DNA of 64,000 nt from an uncultured Candidatus Saccharibacteria bacterium (GCA_964646765.1 CAZYIA010000004.1:77887-141886); one strand, 5' to 3'; counted from the stretch's first letter, positions 46,102 through 55,852 are shown. The notes: generated by a model not told the origin, from the sequence alone. Made by a program: numbers and translations.

Positions 46102-46233
46102 GGCAAGGCAGCCTTCCACTGTGGAAGGGCATCACTCCTTGCCTATGAGCAAGAGGTTGCGTGCGAGCCGAAATCGGAACCGTGGACCAAAAAAACCACC
46201 GTGAATCATTCGATTCAGCGGTGGTTGGGGGGG
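46102..46233 (-). promoter_or_regulatory. Terminator (46189-46233) plus conserved leader element copy 13 (46102-46160)
   Basis: CCCCCCCAACCACCG..CGGTGGTTTTTT; GCAA-CCTCT-N9-GCAAGG...CCTTCC ACAGT GGAAGG...CCTTGCC AAGGAG. Confidence 0.82.
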
Positions 46234-46237
46234 CGAC

Positions 46238-47230
46238 TCAGGTATCGCGGTCACTGCTCATATCGACAAGACCGACAATGGCAGCGGGATCGGCTGCGTA
46301 GTAGAGCGTACCGTCAACCCAACGAAAATACTCGTCGGCTGGGGCGGCATCGGGTCCTGCTTCGATGACATGGCGAAGCATCGCAATGTCAATTCCGCGC
46401 GTCTCGCACGTATAGTCGCTGTGCTTCGGTTGCGCAGTGAACCAGAAGCGACCGTCACACCAGACGTTGAGCGAATTACCGCGCAGATTCAGCTCGTCCA
46501 GATCGCCCCATTCGTCCGGGGACATCGAAACGGCAACCGACTCCAGATCGTAGATCCTGCAGAGGGATTCCATCTCCTCGAGCCGCGTGATGAACTCCTT
46601 GGTGATCGTGATGACGGCGTAGCCGGGGCCGTCGCCGTATTCGTTGAGGGCATACGCTTCGACCACAAGCTTGAACGGCCGCATCGCCGCCTCGTCGGTC
46701 GTGCCGACTACACGACAACCTGGATAGGCGTTTTCAGCCTGCTCGCAAGCGTGTTCAATGGATTCTGCCCAGCAATCGAAAAGGATTGGCTCGGCGCCGG
46801 GTTCCAGTTCGACCTGCAGTACCGTGTAGGAAAGACCGTACGGAGCCCGCATCCAGACGGCATCATTGCCGGCGCTCAGAGGCAGCAGGCCACCCGCTTC
46901 GTCGAACTTCGTGGCGCCGTCGAGCGTTGTCCAGCCATCCTGGTTGGACCAGAAGCCTGCGGTGTCGTCACTGGCGCGCGCCTCGCTGGCTGAAAAAACC
47001 ACGAATTCCGGCACATCGAAAACGGGGTGGAGCATGTCGGTTCTGACGACTTGCCGGGGTGGAAAGCTTAGCCCGGTGCCAACCGGCATGATCAGAACGC
47101 GGCCACCGTCCTCGTCTTCGCAGGCAATCCAGAGTAGCGTTTCGTCTCCTGGATCGCGCCACTCAAGCTTGATTTTCACCCGATCACCCTTGCGGATCGG
47201 GCGTGTTTGAGGTGTTTCTGACATTTCCAT
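46238..47230 (-). CDS. Multi-module hypothetical protein
   Basis: Contains FWSNQDGWT, DCWAESIEHA..AYPG and KLVVEAY modules. Confidence 0.7.
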   Translation of the reverse strand: MEMSETPQTRPIRKGDRVKIKLEWRDPGDETLLWIACEDEDGGRVLIMPVGTGLSFPPRQVVRTDMLHPVFDVPEFVVFSASEARASDDTAGFWSNQDGWTTLDGATKFDEAGGLLPLSAGNDAVWMRAPYGLSYTVLQVELEPGAEPILFDCWAESIEHACEQAENAYPGCRVVGTTDEAAMRPFKLVVEAYALNEYGDGPGYAVITITKEFITRLEEMESLCRIYDLESVAVSMSPDEWGDLDELNLRGNSLNVWCDGRFWFTAQPKHSDYTCETRGIDIAMLRHVIEAGPDAAPADEYFRWVDGTLYYAADPAAIVGLVDMSSDRDT

Positions 47231-47236
47231 TCTCCT

Positions 47237-47297
47237 CGCAAGGACCAGTACCCACCGTGGGTGCTGAAAAGCCCTTGCAGAGGAAGGAAGCAATTGC
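47237..47297 (-). promoter_or_regulatory. Conserved leader element copy 14
   Basis: GCAA-TTGCT-N10-GCAAGGG...CAGCACCC ACGGT GGGTACTG.TCCTTGCG AGGAG. Confidence 0.82.
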
Positions 47298-47309
47298 GTC
47301 CGCGACGGT

Positions 47310-48512
47310 TTAAGTGGTTTCCGCGCCGTTCGAGCCGGGAAGCCTGTGTTTTTCCGCCATTTCGGAATGACGCTCTTCCTCGTCCGTGTGGACGTAACGG
47401 TTGGTCGTCGAAAGGTTTGCGTGGCGCATTACATCCCGCACCTGGGCGATATTCATGCCTTCCCGCACCAGGTTGGTTCCGAGCGAATGTCGGAGCCAGT
47501 GCGCGGATACGCTGCGCAGGAGCATGGCTTCGTCGCCGCGATCGGCACGTTCCAGTCTTCCGGCGACATTCTCGAACACCTCGTCCTTGAGGATGCGGTG
47601 CAACGTCTGCCGGGTGAGTCGCGCGCGACTCGGGCCAAGCGAGAAGATCAATGGTGTCGTTTCGTTGGATCGGGGCAGGGCGGACAGGCCGAATGCTTCT
47701 CGATAGATAGCCAGCTCCCGCATCAATTCCGGCGTCACCGGGATCTCGCCTTCGCTGGAGCCCTTGCCGGTAATCACAAGCCACCATTGGCGTGTGCCCG
47801 CGGGGCCTGGGCGCTGAATGAACCCGCCCATAGTGTTCGATACGGCCTCCGAGATTCGCAGCCCGGACAGATAGAGCAGAACGATCGCCCAGCGCCTCCT
47901 GGCCATCTTGCGAAACTCGGCCTCCCCCTCGCCAGCCGACGTCGCCAGCGTATCCAGCACAAGCGCAACCTGATCGGGGAGCAGATACCGGTGCAACCGC
48001 ACCTTGCCTGCGGTCTGTTTTTTCCTGCGCATCAGGGACAAGGGATTGCCATGCAGGTAGTTCGCGCCGACCAGCCAGTTGAAGAGCCCGTTGATGATGT
48101 TCATGGCCTGCTTCTGGCTTGCTTCCGACAGGGGCCCATAGAAAGGCCGCCAGTCGGGATGCGTAATGGGAAGCTTGCGGTTTGGTGAAATCCACTTGCG
48201 GGCCGGCTCGGGATTCCCCAGAAAACGCGGGTATTCAAGAACATCCGCGTGAGTCAGGGCAGAAAGTGTTTTCTTGCGCTCATGTGCAGCCCAGAGTACG
48301 AAACGGATTGCCTCCTTGCGATAGGACACGAAGGTTTCAGGCGAATCGAGATACCCCTTGAGCCACTCATTGACGGCGGAGAGATCGTCGGTCGCGTCGA
48401 GCTGGCAAACCTTGTCGCGGGCCCGGTTGTATCCGTTTTGCAGAACGACCGATGCCGGAATGCTGAAAATGGCCGGCAATTCTCCCGCAAGGATCAACTG
48501 GGTCGACATCAA
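47310..48512 (-). CDS. Tyrosine recombinase (phage integrase family, Burkholderiales plasmid type)
   Basis: SYRKEA SAM domain; GLRISE, TGKG, HWLRH, MRHAN, TNRY catalytic motifs. Confidence 0.9.
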   Translation of the reverse strand: MMSTQLILAGELPAIFSIPASVVLQNGYNRARDKVCQLDATDDLSAVNEWLKGYLDSPETFVSYRKEAIRFVLWAAHERKKTLSALTHADVLEYPRFLGNPEPARKWISPNRKLPITHPDWRPFYGPLSEASQKQAMNIINGLFNWLVGANYLHGNPLSLMRRKKQTAGKVRLHRYLLPDQVALVLDTLATSAGEGEAEFRKMARRRWAIVLLYLSGLRISEAVSNTMGGFIQRPGPAGTRQWWLVITGKGSSEGEIPVTPELMRELAIYREAFGLSALPRSNETTPLIFSLGPSRARLTRQTLHRILKDEVFENVAGRLERADRGDEAMLLRSVSAHWLRHSLGTNLVREGMNIAQVRDVMRHANLSTTNRYVHTDEEERHSEMAEKHRLPGSNGAETT

Positions 48513-48952
48513 CCGAGACGCACCGCGCCGATGTCGGAGAAGCGGGGGAACTCGGCCAGCGGCTTGTCGGACTGGAAGAGCAGGCGCCAGAACTCGGTGG
48601 CGCTACGATCGCGTCCGACTGGCCGCCAGTGAGGGCCGGCAAATGCACCGCCAGTCCAGTTGAGAGCAACGAAGTCGAAGGTTTCACCGGTCGTTTCCCC
48701 GGCGCGGGTGCCGTACTCGTACCGCTCGATCCAGATGATGTTTTCGGGGGAGACGCCACCAAGGAATGCCCGCCGAACCTTCGTCGCGATGACGTCAACG
48801 GCGTTGGTCACGGACATGCCGGGGTTGTGCTGAAACTCGGTCAGAACCACCACGGCCATGTCCGGCGCGGCCTGGAAAATCGACACCCCACACAGGCCTT
48901 CGGCCGCATTCCATGGGGTCTTGTAGCTTACGATGTGATGGCGAGATTGCAC
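48509..48952 (-). CDS. Hypothetical protein
   Basis: VVLTEFQHNPGMSVTNA...IIWIERY. Confidence 0.65.
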   Translation of the reverse strand: MQSRHHIVSYKTPWNAAEGLCGVSIFQAAPDMAVVVLTEFQHNPGMSVTNAVDVIATKVRRAFLGGVSPENIIWIERYEYGTRAGETTGETFDFVALNWTGGAFAGPHWRPVGRDRSATEFWRLLFQSDKPLAEFPRFSDIGAVRLG

Positions 48953-49140
48953 GATGACTGCTCCATTTTTTCTTGCCCAATGTCGAGGGCAAGTTCAAGC
49001 TGATCCAGGCTGTACAGCGATTCCCAATTCGCGCGCCGATAGACGATACCGTTCCGCCCGATTTCTCGGTTGAAAACCTGGTGGTGGGCACGCGCGCCCC
49101 GCACCAGTTGTCTGACTTCGAGTTGACAGGCTGCGCTCAC
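48928..49140 (-). CDS. Small hypothetical protein
   Basis: GTGA coupling within the operon. Confidence 0.45.
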   Translation of the reverse strand: MSAACQLEVRQLVRGARAHHQVFNREIGRNGIVYRRANWESLYSLDQLELALDIGQEKMEQSSCNLAITS

Positions 49141-49676
49141 GATCGCTCCCGGTTGAGCATATCGGTAATCGATTCGGAGATCGGCCCCGCAATCACCGTG
49201 GTCGTCCGCGGCCCGAGTGCAAGCTTCAGCCTGGCAATCGCAGGGCGATATCTTTTTTCAGCCATGTCGGCAAGCTGGCGCCGGACGGCATCGGAAGCCC
49301 CGAGCGCGCGCTCCTCGTTGGTGTTGTCGTAAAGATCAGCAAGCTTGATCCGCATGGCGCTCGTTGAGCGTGAGGAGATGATGCGCTCGATGAAGGATGG
49401 ATAGGTTTCACCTTGTCCGCGGCAGAGGAGCTGGCACAACCTGATCACAGTTTCAGGATATCCACGCTCGCGCAGGGCGTTGGCTGTCGCGCCGGCGACA
49501 TCCTCGAGGACGTCGTGGAGAAGGGCGGCATGCTTCTCCACGACGTCCGCATCCGGCCCCAGCCGCATCATCACGCGCAACGGGTGGAAGTAGTAGGGTG
49601 CACCGAGCTTGTCCACCTGGTCCGCATGCAGATCGCAGACGAGCATGATGGTTTCGTTGATCGTCGGGCGCGTCAT
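49137..49676 (-). CDS. HD-domain (SpoT/Mesh1-like) hydrolase
   Basis: LHADQVDKLGAPYYFHPLRV...ALLHDVLED...IKLADLYDN. Confidence 0.82.
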   Translation of the reverse strand: MTRPTINETIMLVCDLHADQVDKLGAPYYFHPLRVMMRLGPDADVVEKHAALLHDVLEDVAGATANALRERGYPETVIRLCQLLCRGQGETYPSFIERIISSRSTSAMRIKLADLYDNTNEERALGASDAVRRQLADMAEKRYRPAIARLKLALGPRTTTVIAGPISESITDMLNRERS

Positions 49677-50194
49677 GCGGCCCCCTTCGCTCGCGGCGAA
49701 ACCGAGATCCAGACCGCATAGCTGCCCAGTGCCTGGCGCAGGGACAGTGAACAAACGACGGCTTTGGAGTCGTCCGGGATAAATCCGCTGTAGCGCAGGC
49801 CATCGATCGGCGCCTTGGGAATGATTGCGTCGGGATCGATCTCTCTCGGGCCGCGACGAACAAGGGTCAGGTTGACCGCTTCGAAGCCCGGCGGCCGGCA
49901 GCCGTACTCAACGAGCGCCGTGTCGTGGATGAGCTTGTGCCAGGCCTTTCGGTAGCGGCGCCGCTCCTGCACGGACATCGCCAGGAGATCGTTGAGCGTG
50001 GCCAGACGCGCGCCGTCGAATCGCAGTTCGAGGCCGCGGCGAGAACTGGTCACGTTGCCGGTGGCCGTTGAAACCGCACGGATGATTTCCGAGGCTTGGC
50101 GAACTTTGGCTTGTTTAGGCGTGGAATTACCGTTTTGAGCGGCAAAAAAGCCAGGTTTTCGCTCCACGATCTCCTGAAACGCCTTTTTTGACAT
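49673..50194 (-). CDS. RusA-like Holliday junction resolvase
   Basis: TLNDLL...REIDPDAIIPKAPIDGLRYSGFIPDDS matches the D-x-D..K...D-x-L...G...DD pattern. Confidence 0.55.
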   Translation of the reverse strand: MSKKAFQEIVERKPGFFAAQNGNSTPKQAKVRQASEIIRAVSTATGNVTSSRRGLELRFDGARLATLNDLLAMSVQERRRYRKAWHKLIHDTALVEYGCRPPGFEAVNLTLVRRGPREIDPDAIIPKAPIDGLRYSGFIPDDSKAVVCSLSLRQALGSYAVWISVSPRAKGAA

Positions 50195-50215
50195 GCGTAA
50201 ACCGCGTTTCATGCG

Positions 50216-50515
50216 CTACTCCTGCTGTTGCGGGCCGGTGGCGACGTATTTCTCGCCATATTGACGCTGTTTTGTGCTACGAATTGGCATTTCGCCACGC
50301 ATCATTGCGCGGGCGTCCCGTACAAATTCTTTTGGAGTCAGGTGCCAGGAGTTCGGCCAGGCCTGCCACCACTCAATGACCTTGATGGCATCTTCCTCGG
50401 TCGGCGCGCAGTGAATGTCGCGCATTTCGGCAAGAATCCCGGGCAGGCGAGGGTCGTCGTCCGAGATTGGATCGTCCGGGCACAACGCCTCGTAGATTTT
50501 CAGGTATTTGCTCAA
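50216..50515 (-). CDS. Hypothetical protein
   Basis: GGAGG RBS, TTG start. Confidence 0.55.
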   Translation of the reverse strand: MSKYLKIYEALCPDDPISDDDPRLPGILAEMRDIHCAPTEEDAIKVIEWWQAWPNSWHLTPKEFVRDARAMMRGEMPIRSTKQRQYGEKYVATGPQQQE

Positions 50516-50572
50516 TTCAAACCTCCCTGTTGACGCCTACAGCGGAGAGCCTGCTGCCGGAGCGCGGCACCA

Positions 50573-51109
50573 TCACAACCCCAGCTCCTTCAGCGCGCTG
50601 TCAAACGCGGCCTCGACTTCCGGGATCTCTATCTTGTAAGTCCCGAAGAGAGACAGCCCGCGTTCCATCATATCCGTGAAGACCTTCTGAATCTGACCGT
50701 GAGGTGTCAGGTAGGTCACGCCGGCGCCGTCGGCATTGCTCACCGGCTCGCCATCGCAGAGCAGCGAGAAGAGGATCGAAAACATGCCGCCGCCCCGCAT
50801 CAAGAACCACAGCCAGTGCGGCCACGCCTGGTTGAGCGTGCGGAAGAAGGCGGATACTTCCGGGATCTGCGCGAGCTCGCGCGGATCGTCGTTGTAACCG
50901 TCGACCATGAAGGCGAGCGACTCGCGGTAACGGATGACGTTTTCCCGTGAGTCGGTCAGAACATGCAAGCGCTCGATGGCGCTTGCGATATGGCCCGACT
51001 CGATTTCCCGCCGGGTGATCATGAGCACGACCAGGGCGTCCGCGCTGTTGTCGGCCAGCCCATCGGCGTCGAGCATCCGTACCGGAATTTCGCGATCCTT
51101 GTGCAACAT
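50573..51109 (-). CDS. CRR6/DUF1817-like protein
   Basis: DGYNDDPRELAQIPEVSAFFRTLNQAWPHWLWF. Confidence 0.6.
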   Translation of the reverse strand: MLHKDREIPVRMLDADGLADNSADALVVLMITRREIESGHIASAIERLHVLTDSRENVIRYRESLAFMVDGYNDDPRELAQIPEVSAFFRTLNQAWPHWLWFLMRGGGMFSILFSLLCDGEPVSNADGAGVTYLTPHGQIQKVFTDMMERGLSLFGTYKIEIPEVEAAFDSALKELGL

Positions 51110-51327
51110 CTTGTTTTGCCTCCTTTGGCAGCCAAAGCGGAGACCGGTGCTGACCATGATTTTAGCCTGCCGCTCCGATAGCGTAAGGTGACAGTATATG
51201 CATTATGTGAGAAAAAACAAGGGGAGGATAGCAAAAACGCCTAATTACATATTATTTCTTGACCTTGTGGAGATGCTCGATTACCATGCAGATGCCTGTA
51301 AAAGGTCATGGGAAGGAGGCATCTTGA

Positions 51328-51762
51328 ATGGAAGAAGCGCTGTCATTGGCCGGGAACCTCGGAACCGAGCCAGAGATGAGATACACCGCCGACGGCAAGT
51401 CGGTGGTGACGTTCAGTCTTGCCGCCCATGAGCAGACGGCCCGCTCGGGCGTCTGCGAAATCCGGACGACCTGGTACCGGTGCGTCGTCGCCGGCGAGCC
51501 GGAGCTGGTCGATATGGCCGCCACGTTGCACAAAGGCGCGCGCGTGGAGATCGAGGGGGTGGTGCGAACCCGGTCGTGGCGACGCTACGGGCGGGAGGAG
51601 TCCATCGCGGAACTGCACGTTACTCGCCTTGTGCCCCGTTTTCGGCCGGGCGCCCACGAACGCAACGCCGGCGCCGTGGCGCCAACACCCCGCTCCCCTC
51701 TGGAGGCCGCTAAGGCTGCCGGCCTCTTCGAGGCTGATCGGCAGGACGGCACGGACAACTGA
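51328..51762 (+). CDS. ssb: Single-stranded DNA-binding protein
   Basis: LAGNLGTEPEMRYT, TTWYRCV, LHKGARVEIEG..RTRSW. Confidence 0.85.
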   Translation: MEEALSLAGNLGTEPEMRYTADGKSVVTFSLAAHEQTARSGVCEIRTTWYRCVVAGEPELVDMAATLHKGARVEIEGVVRTRSWRRYGREESIAELHVTRLVPRFRPGAHERNAGAVAPTPRSPLEAAKAAGLFEADRQDGTDN

Positions 51763-51773
51763 AAGGACACGAT

Positions 51774-52892
51774 ATGGCCGAACGGGAGCGGGACAGTGTG
51801 GCGCTGCTGCAGGAAGTGGCTGATCTGTGCGAACGGATCAGCGACACCAGGGAATTGACGCGAGAAGTGGCAAACCTGCTGTTTCAGCGTGGCGAACGCC
51901 CCAATGCAGGGCGGGTGCACCAGTTGACCCGCCGGGGTTCGATGGTGACCGTCCATGACGAGATGAACAAATGGTGGGACGATTTGCGGGCGAAGCTTGA
52001 GGTTCGGCTCGTGAACCCGAACCTGCCTGACGCCCTGCTTGAAAAGCAGAGCGGTCTGCTTGGCGAACTCTGGGATCTCGCCATCACCCGCGCGCGAGAG
52101 GAAATGCAGGCATATCGGGATGCGGCCGATGCGAAGGTGAGCGAAGCAGAGGTCGCCCGCGCGGCGGCGGAGGCGAGCGCCACAGAACACCTACGGGCCG
52201 CACAGACCGCCAACGCCAGCCGCGAGGAAACCGAGCGCCACCTAGCGGCCGAGCGTGCGGCCCGTGCGGCAGCCGAGGCCGACGTCGAGGCCTGGCGGAC
52301 GCAGGCGGAAGCGTCCGCCCGGGAAATGGAAAACAATCGCATCACCCTGGAAGCGCAACTCGATGCCCAGCGTGCTGCGGCCGAGCGCGCGGAGCAGCAG
52401 TTCAACGAGCAGCGCCGCCACACGCTGCTGGAGATCGACACCTTGCGCACCAGCAATGCGGAGCTGCGGGATCACCTCAAAAAAGCCGAGCACCAGATTG
52501 CCCGCCTGCAGGAATCCGAGCGCACCCTGAAGGAGTCCGAACGGGATCTGCATGACCGCCTCACCCGGCAAAGCGAAACGGTCGCACGTCTCACCGGCGA
52601 AGTTTCCGCGCTCACCGCGCGCCTCGATGCCATTGTGAGCGAACGGGACAATCTGGTGCTGGACAGACAGCGGGATCGCGAGGCGCACCAGGAAGCAATC
52701 GCCAGCCGGGACAGCACGGTGACATCACTGCAGGAATCGTTGCAGCTCATGAAGGCCAATGCGGAACTGTTGACGGCCGAAGCAGCCCGGCTGCGCCAGG
52801 CAAACAGCGACCTCAACCTTGCGTTGAAGCGGAAGGACGCGACGCCGGCGACCCCCGAACCGGACCCGAAGGATGAACATGATGAATGTTGA
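51774..52892 (+). CDS. KfrA-N DNA-binding protein with long coiled coil
   Basis: LFQRGERPNAGRVHQLTRRGSMVTVHDEMNKWW. Confidence 0.8.
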   Translation: MAERERDSVALLQEVADLCERISDTRELTREVANLLFQRGERPNAGRVHQLTRRGSMVTVHDEMNKWWDDLRAKLEVRLVNPNLPDALLEKQSGLLGELWDLAITRAREEMQAYRDAADAKVSEAEVARAAAEASATEHLRAAQTANASREETERHLAAERAARAAAEADVEAWRTQAEASAREMENNRITLEAQLDAQRAAAERAEQQFNEQRRHTLLEIDTLRTSNAELRDHLKKAEHQIARLQESERTLKESERDLHDRLTRQSETVARLTGEVSALTARLDAIVSERDNLVLDRQRDREAHQEAIASRDSTVTSLQESLQLMKANAELLTAEAARLRQANSDLNLALKRKDATPATPEPDPKDEHDEC

Positions 52893-54804
52893 ACGCACAC
52901 TTGCCGAGCCGATGAAGGCCCTTGCCAGGATCGGTCTCAAACGAGCGGAGGATGCCCTACTGACGGTTCCGCGCCGGTTCGTCGACTATACCCTGCAGCC
53001 GGCCCCGGACCGACTTGCTGACCACATCGGCGAGAAGGTCTCCATCGAGCTCAAGATCATGGCGCCGCCCAAAGCGGACGGCAGCCAGCCGCGGTTCATC
53101 GTCGAAGCAATGGACCGCACACGCCGCGTGCACCGGATGACCGTGTTCGGCGCACTGAAGTGGTCGCCATGGAAGGCGGTCAAGGCCGGTGACGTCGTGA
53201 AGATCCAGGCCAAAGTGACCGACTTCAAGGGGACGCCGTATCTCAACAATCCGGAGTTGATCCGGGACGAGGACTGGGGGCGGGTCATTCCGGTCTACCG
53301 GGCCGTTCCCGGCCGCCTTTCCGGCGACAAACTGGCCGCCGGCATACGCGAGGCCCTTCGCATGCCGCACGCCATCGACGACGCGGTGCTCGCAATCCGG
53401 CAGGCGTTCGGCGGGCAAACCGAAGCCGAAATCCGTCTCATGACGGGCCTCAAGTGGCCGCTGGCCGGACTGGTTCGTGTGCTCCACCAACCCGCGGATA
53501 TGCAACAGGCTGAACGCGCCGTTCTTGCGGCACGACGGCTTGCGGTTCATGCGATCCGGCACCGCGCGACCAAGGCGGTGAGCCGTGCCTTCGAGAAGGA
53601 CTCGGTAATCCGGATCGATGAAGAAACGATCGATGCCATGATCATCGATCTGCCCTTTCGCCCGACCACAGGCGAACTCTCCCAGGAAGAGGCCATCCAG
53701 AAAATCGTCGAGCTGCTTGCGTTGCCCTACCCCATGGCGGCGCTCCTTTCGGCTGACGTGGGTGTGGGCAAGACCCTGGTGTATGCGGTGCCCGCGGTCG
53801 CCAGCCAGCGCCTGGGGCGCAAGGTGGCGGTGATGATTCCGAACAGCATCCTGGTGGAGCAGGTCGCTGCAGAGTTTCGTGAATGCTTTCCGGGAGTCCC
53901 GGTGACGACGGTTGGCGATGCGGCATCTGCGCGTAACCTCGATCTGACGGCCAACCCGATCCTTGTCGGCACGACCGGCCTCATCGGCGTGGCGCGGGCG
54001 CGGGCTTGGGTGCCTGACCTTCTCGTTATCGACGAATCCCAAAAAACCAGCCGGGAACAGCGGGAAGCGCTGTGCGGCCCGCACACGAACGTGCTGGAGG
54101 CGACCGCCACCGCCCTGCCCCGTACGCTTGCGCTCGTCATGCACGGTGGCAAGCAGTTGATCCAGGTGGCCCGCCATCACGCTCGCAAGACCATCCATAC
54201 CCGCGTTGTGACGCCGGCGGAACGGAAGATCGTCATGAACAAGATCCGGGAAATGATCGGTGCTGGCGCTCAGGTAGCCCTCATTTATCCGCGCGTGACC
54301 GGCGAAGAGGCAGGCGATCGTCTGAGCGTGGAGGAAGCCGGCAAGCTTTGGGAACAGCGGTTTCCCGGACAGGTGGCGGTGCTGCATGGGAAAATGAAGG
54401 ATGTGGAGAAGGCGAGCGTGATGGCCGACATGAAGGCTGGACGCAAGGCCTTGCTCTGTGCATCGAGCATCATCGAGATCGGCACGACCATCCGGAACCT
54501 CAAGTTGCTGATGGTGGTGAGTGCCGACCGTTACGGCGTCTCCACTTTGCACCAGATGCGCGGGCGCCTGGTTCGTCACGGAGGAGAGGGTTTCTGCTTC
54601 CTGTATCTCACCGGAGAGGTCGACGAAGAAACGATGGCGCGCCTGAAGCTCATGGAGAACGCGACAGACGGTTTCGAGCTGGCCAACATGGATCTCCAGT
54701 TGCGCGGCTTCGGAGATGTCGGCGAAGACTCCGGTGAGCAATCCGGTGCGAGTCTTACCTTGTTCAGGGATCTGGTGCTGATGCCGGGAGACTTTGAATC
54801 TTGA
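52873..54804 (+). CDS. recG: RecG-like SF2 helicase
   Basis: ADVGVGKT, IDESQK, TATALPRTL, LHGKM, LHQMRGR, DGFELANMDLQLRGFG..QSG. Confidence 0.85.
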   Translation: MNMMNVERTLAEPMKALARIGLKRAEDALLTVPRRFVDYTLQPAPDRLADHIGEKVSIELKIMAPPKADGSQPRFIVEAMDRTRRVHRMTVFGALKWSPWKAVKAGDVVKIQAKVTDFKGTPYLNNPELIRDEDWGRVIPVYRAVPGRLSGDKLAAGIREALRMPHAIDDAVLAIRQAFGGQTEAEIRLMTGLKWPLAGLVRVLHQPADMQQAERAVLAARRLAVHAIRHRATKAVSRAFEKDSVIRIDEETIDAMIIDLPFRPTTGELSQEEAIQKIVELLALPYPMAALLSADVGVGKTLVYAVPAVASQRLGRKVAVMIPNSILVEQVAAEFRECFPGVPVTTVGDAASARNLDLTANPILVGTTGLIGVARARAWVPDLLVIDESQKTSREQREALCGPHTNVLEATATALPRTLALVMHGGKQLIQVARHHARKTIHTRVVTPAERKIVMNKIREMIGAGAQVALIYPRVTGEEAGDRLSVEEAGKLWEQRFPGQVAVLHGKMKDVEKASVMADMKAGRKALLCASSIIEIGTTIRNLKLLMVVSADRYGVSTLHQMRGRLVRHGGEGFCFLYLTGEVDEETMARLKLMENATDGFELANMDLQLRGFGDVGEDSGEQSGASLTLFRDLVLMPGDFES

Positions 54805-54901
54805 GCCTTGATCGACTGGCCATCGCAAGGGCTTTGTTCTTGCGGCGTTATGCATGTAACGGACGATGATCTGCCAGGCTGGCAGCCGCAGGCCCCACAC
54901 A

Positions 54902-55132
54902 TTAAGCGTCGAGTTTTCCCGCCAACTCGGAAATTGCGCCGCCGACCTCAAGCCAGTGCCTCGCGGTCGGTTCAATTATTGCGCGCATGAGCGTCAGCAC
55001 AACGGCCTGCGAATTGATATCGCACCGCCGGTAAAGGTCCAGGAATGCGTCTTCGCTGGCGTCTGGAACGCTGAAAAGTCCTGTGACACTTTGGCGGGGT
55101 TTTGCCGCTGACGGCCTGATGGCGTCCGTCAT
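54902..55132 (-). CDS. Small hypothetical protein
   Basis: Co-directional with the upstream operon. Confidence 0.4.
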   Translation of the reverse strand: MTDAIRPSAAKPRQSVTGLFSVPDASEDAFLDLYRRCDINSQAVVLTLMRAIIEPTARHWLEVGGAISELAGKLDA

Positions 55133-55162
55133 CGCGAGCCGAGGGGCGTGCCCAAGAGCGAC

Positions 55163-55852
55163 TCAGCTCGCATGCTGCACTGACTGATCTGCTTCCTGCG
55201 GTTGCGGTGTACCAATCCGCATGGCGTGATAGACCTTCTTGCCGAGCATGTAACCGATACTGGGAGTGCCTTGAATCTCTTCCAGGCTGGCCTGGGCAAG
55301 GCCATGCACACTTCCGAAGCGTTTGGCCAGAATGCCGGCAGCCGTGGTTGATACACCGGGAAGCCCTTCGAGAATGTACCTGGTCAGAACCGATGAATTT
55401 GCCAGGGGCGTTGCGTGCCGCAGCTGGATTGGATACGGCATTCCCGCTTGACAAAGTTGGGCCATGCTGGCGATGAGCTTGGCGCTTTGCTCGATGCTCG
55501 CGGACAAAACCGTTTGCACGCCTGATTTCACGGCCAGCCACGCAAGCGCCTCGACGACGGCTTCCGACTCGATGAAGACGCGAGTTGTCATTGCGCAGCC
55601 CTCGATGACCACGAAAACCTGGTCATTCTGCTCACGCATCAGTTCGATTTGTGGATACAGGCTGCGATTGACAGTCCCGGCGACGAATTCCGCGGCAGTC
55701 AACCTGTTGAGTATGGTGCGTTTGGCAATGATGTGGGTCCCGACATCGAGGTCTGCCGCGATAACCCTGGCGTAGGCGAATTCCTCGATGATCTTGCCGG
55801 TGCCTTCCTCGTACTCCTTCCGGTCGCAAGTGATGTCGATGGTCGTAATCAC
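55163..55852 (-). CDS. ERCC4/XPF-like domain plus HhH protein (catalytic motif degenerate)
   Basis: ITCDRKE, LDVGTHII, LNRLT..EFVA, VVIEG; LEGLPGVS...FGSV...ASLEEI..TPSIG. Confidence 0.7.
   Translation of the reverse strand: MITTIDITCDRKEYEEGTGKIIEEFAYARVIAADLDVGTHIIAKRTILNRLTAAEFVAGTVNRSLYPQIELMREQNDQVFVVIEGCAMTTRVFIESEAVVEALAWLAVKSGVQTVLSASIEQSAKLIASMAQLCQAGMPYPIQLRHATPLANSSVLTRYILEGLPGVSTTAAGILAKRFGSVHGLAQASLEEIQGTPSIGYMLGKKVYHAMRIGTPQPQEADQSVQHAS

Noticed and set aside
47310-48512. Tyrosine recombinase as the integron integrase for the attC array
   Set aside because: It lacks recognisable IntI signature motifs, is >30 kb from the array with no attI seen, and looks like the common Burkholderiales plasmid recombinase.
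52957-54975. Long antisense ORFs (also 24067..25824, 5687..7039, 61255..62184, 9135..10013)
   Set aside because: Shadow frames opposite well-supported genes in high-GC DNA, with no recognisable motifs.
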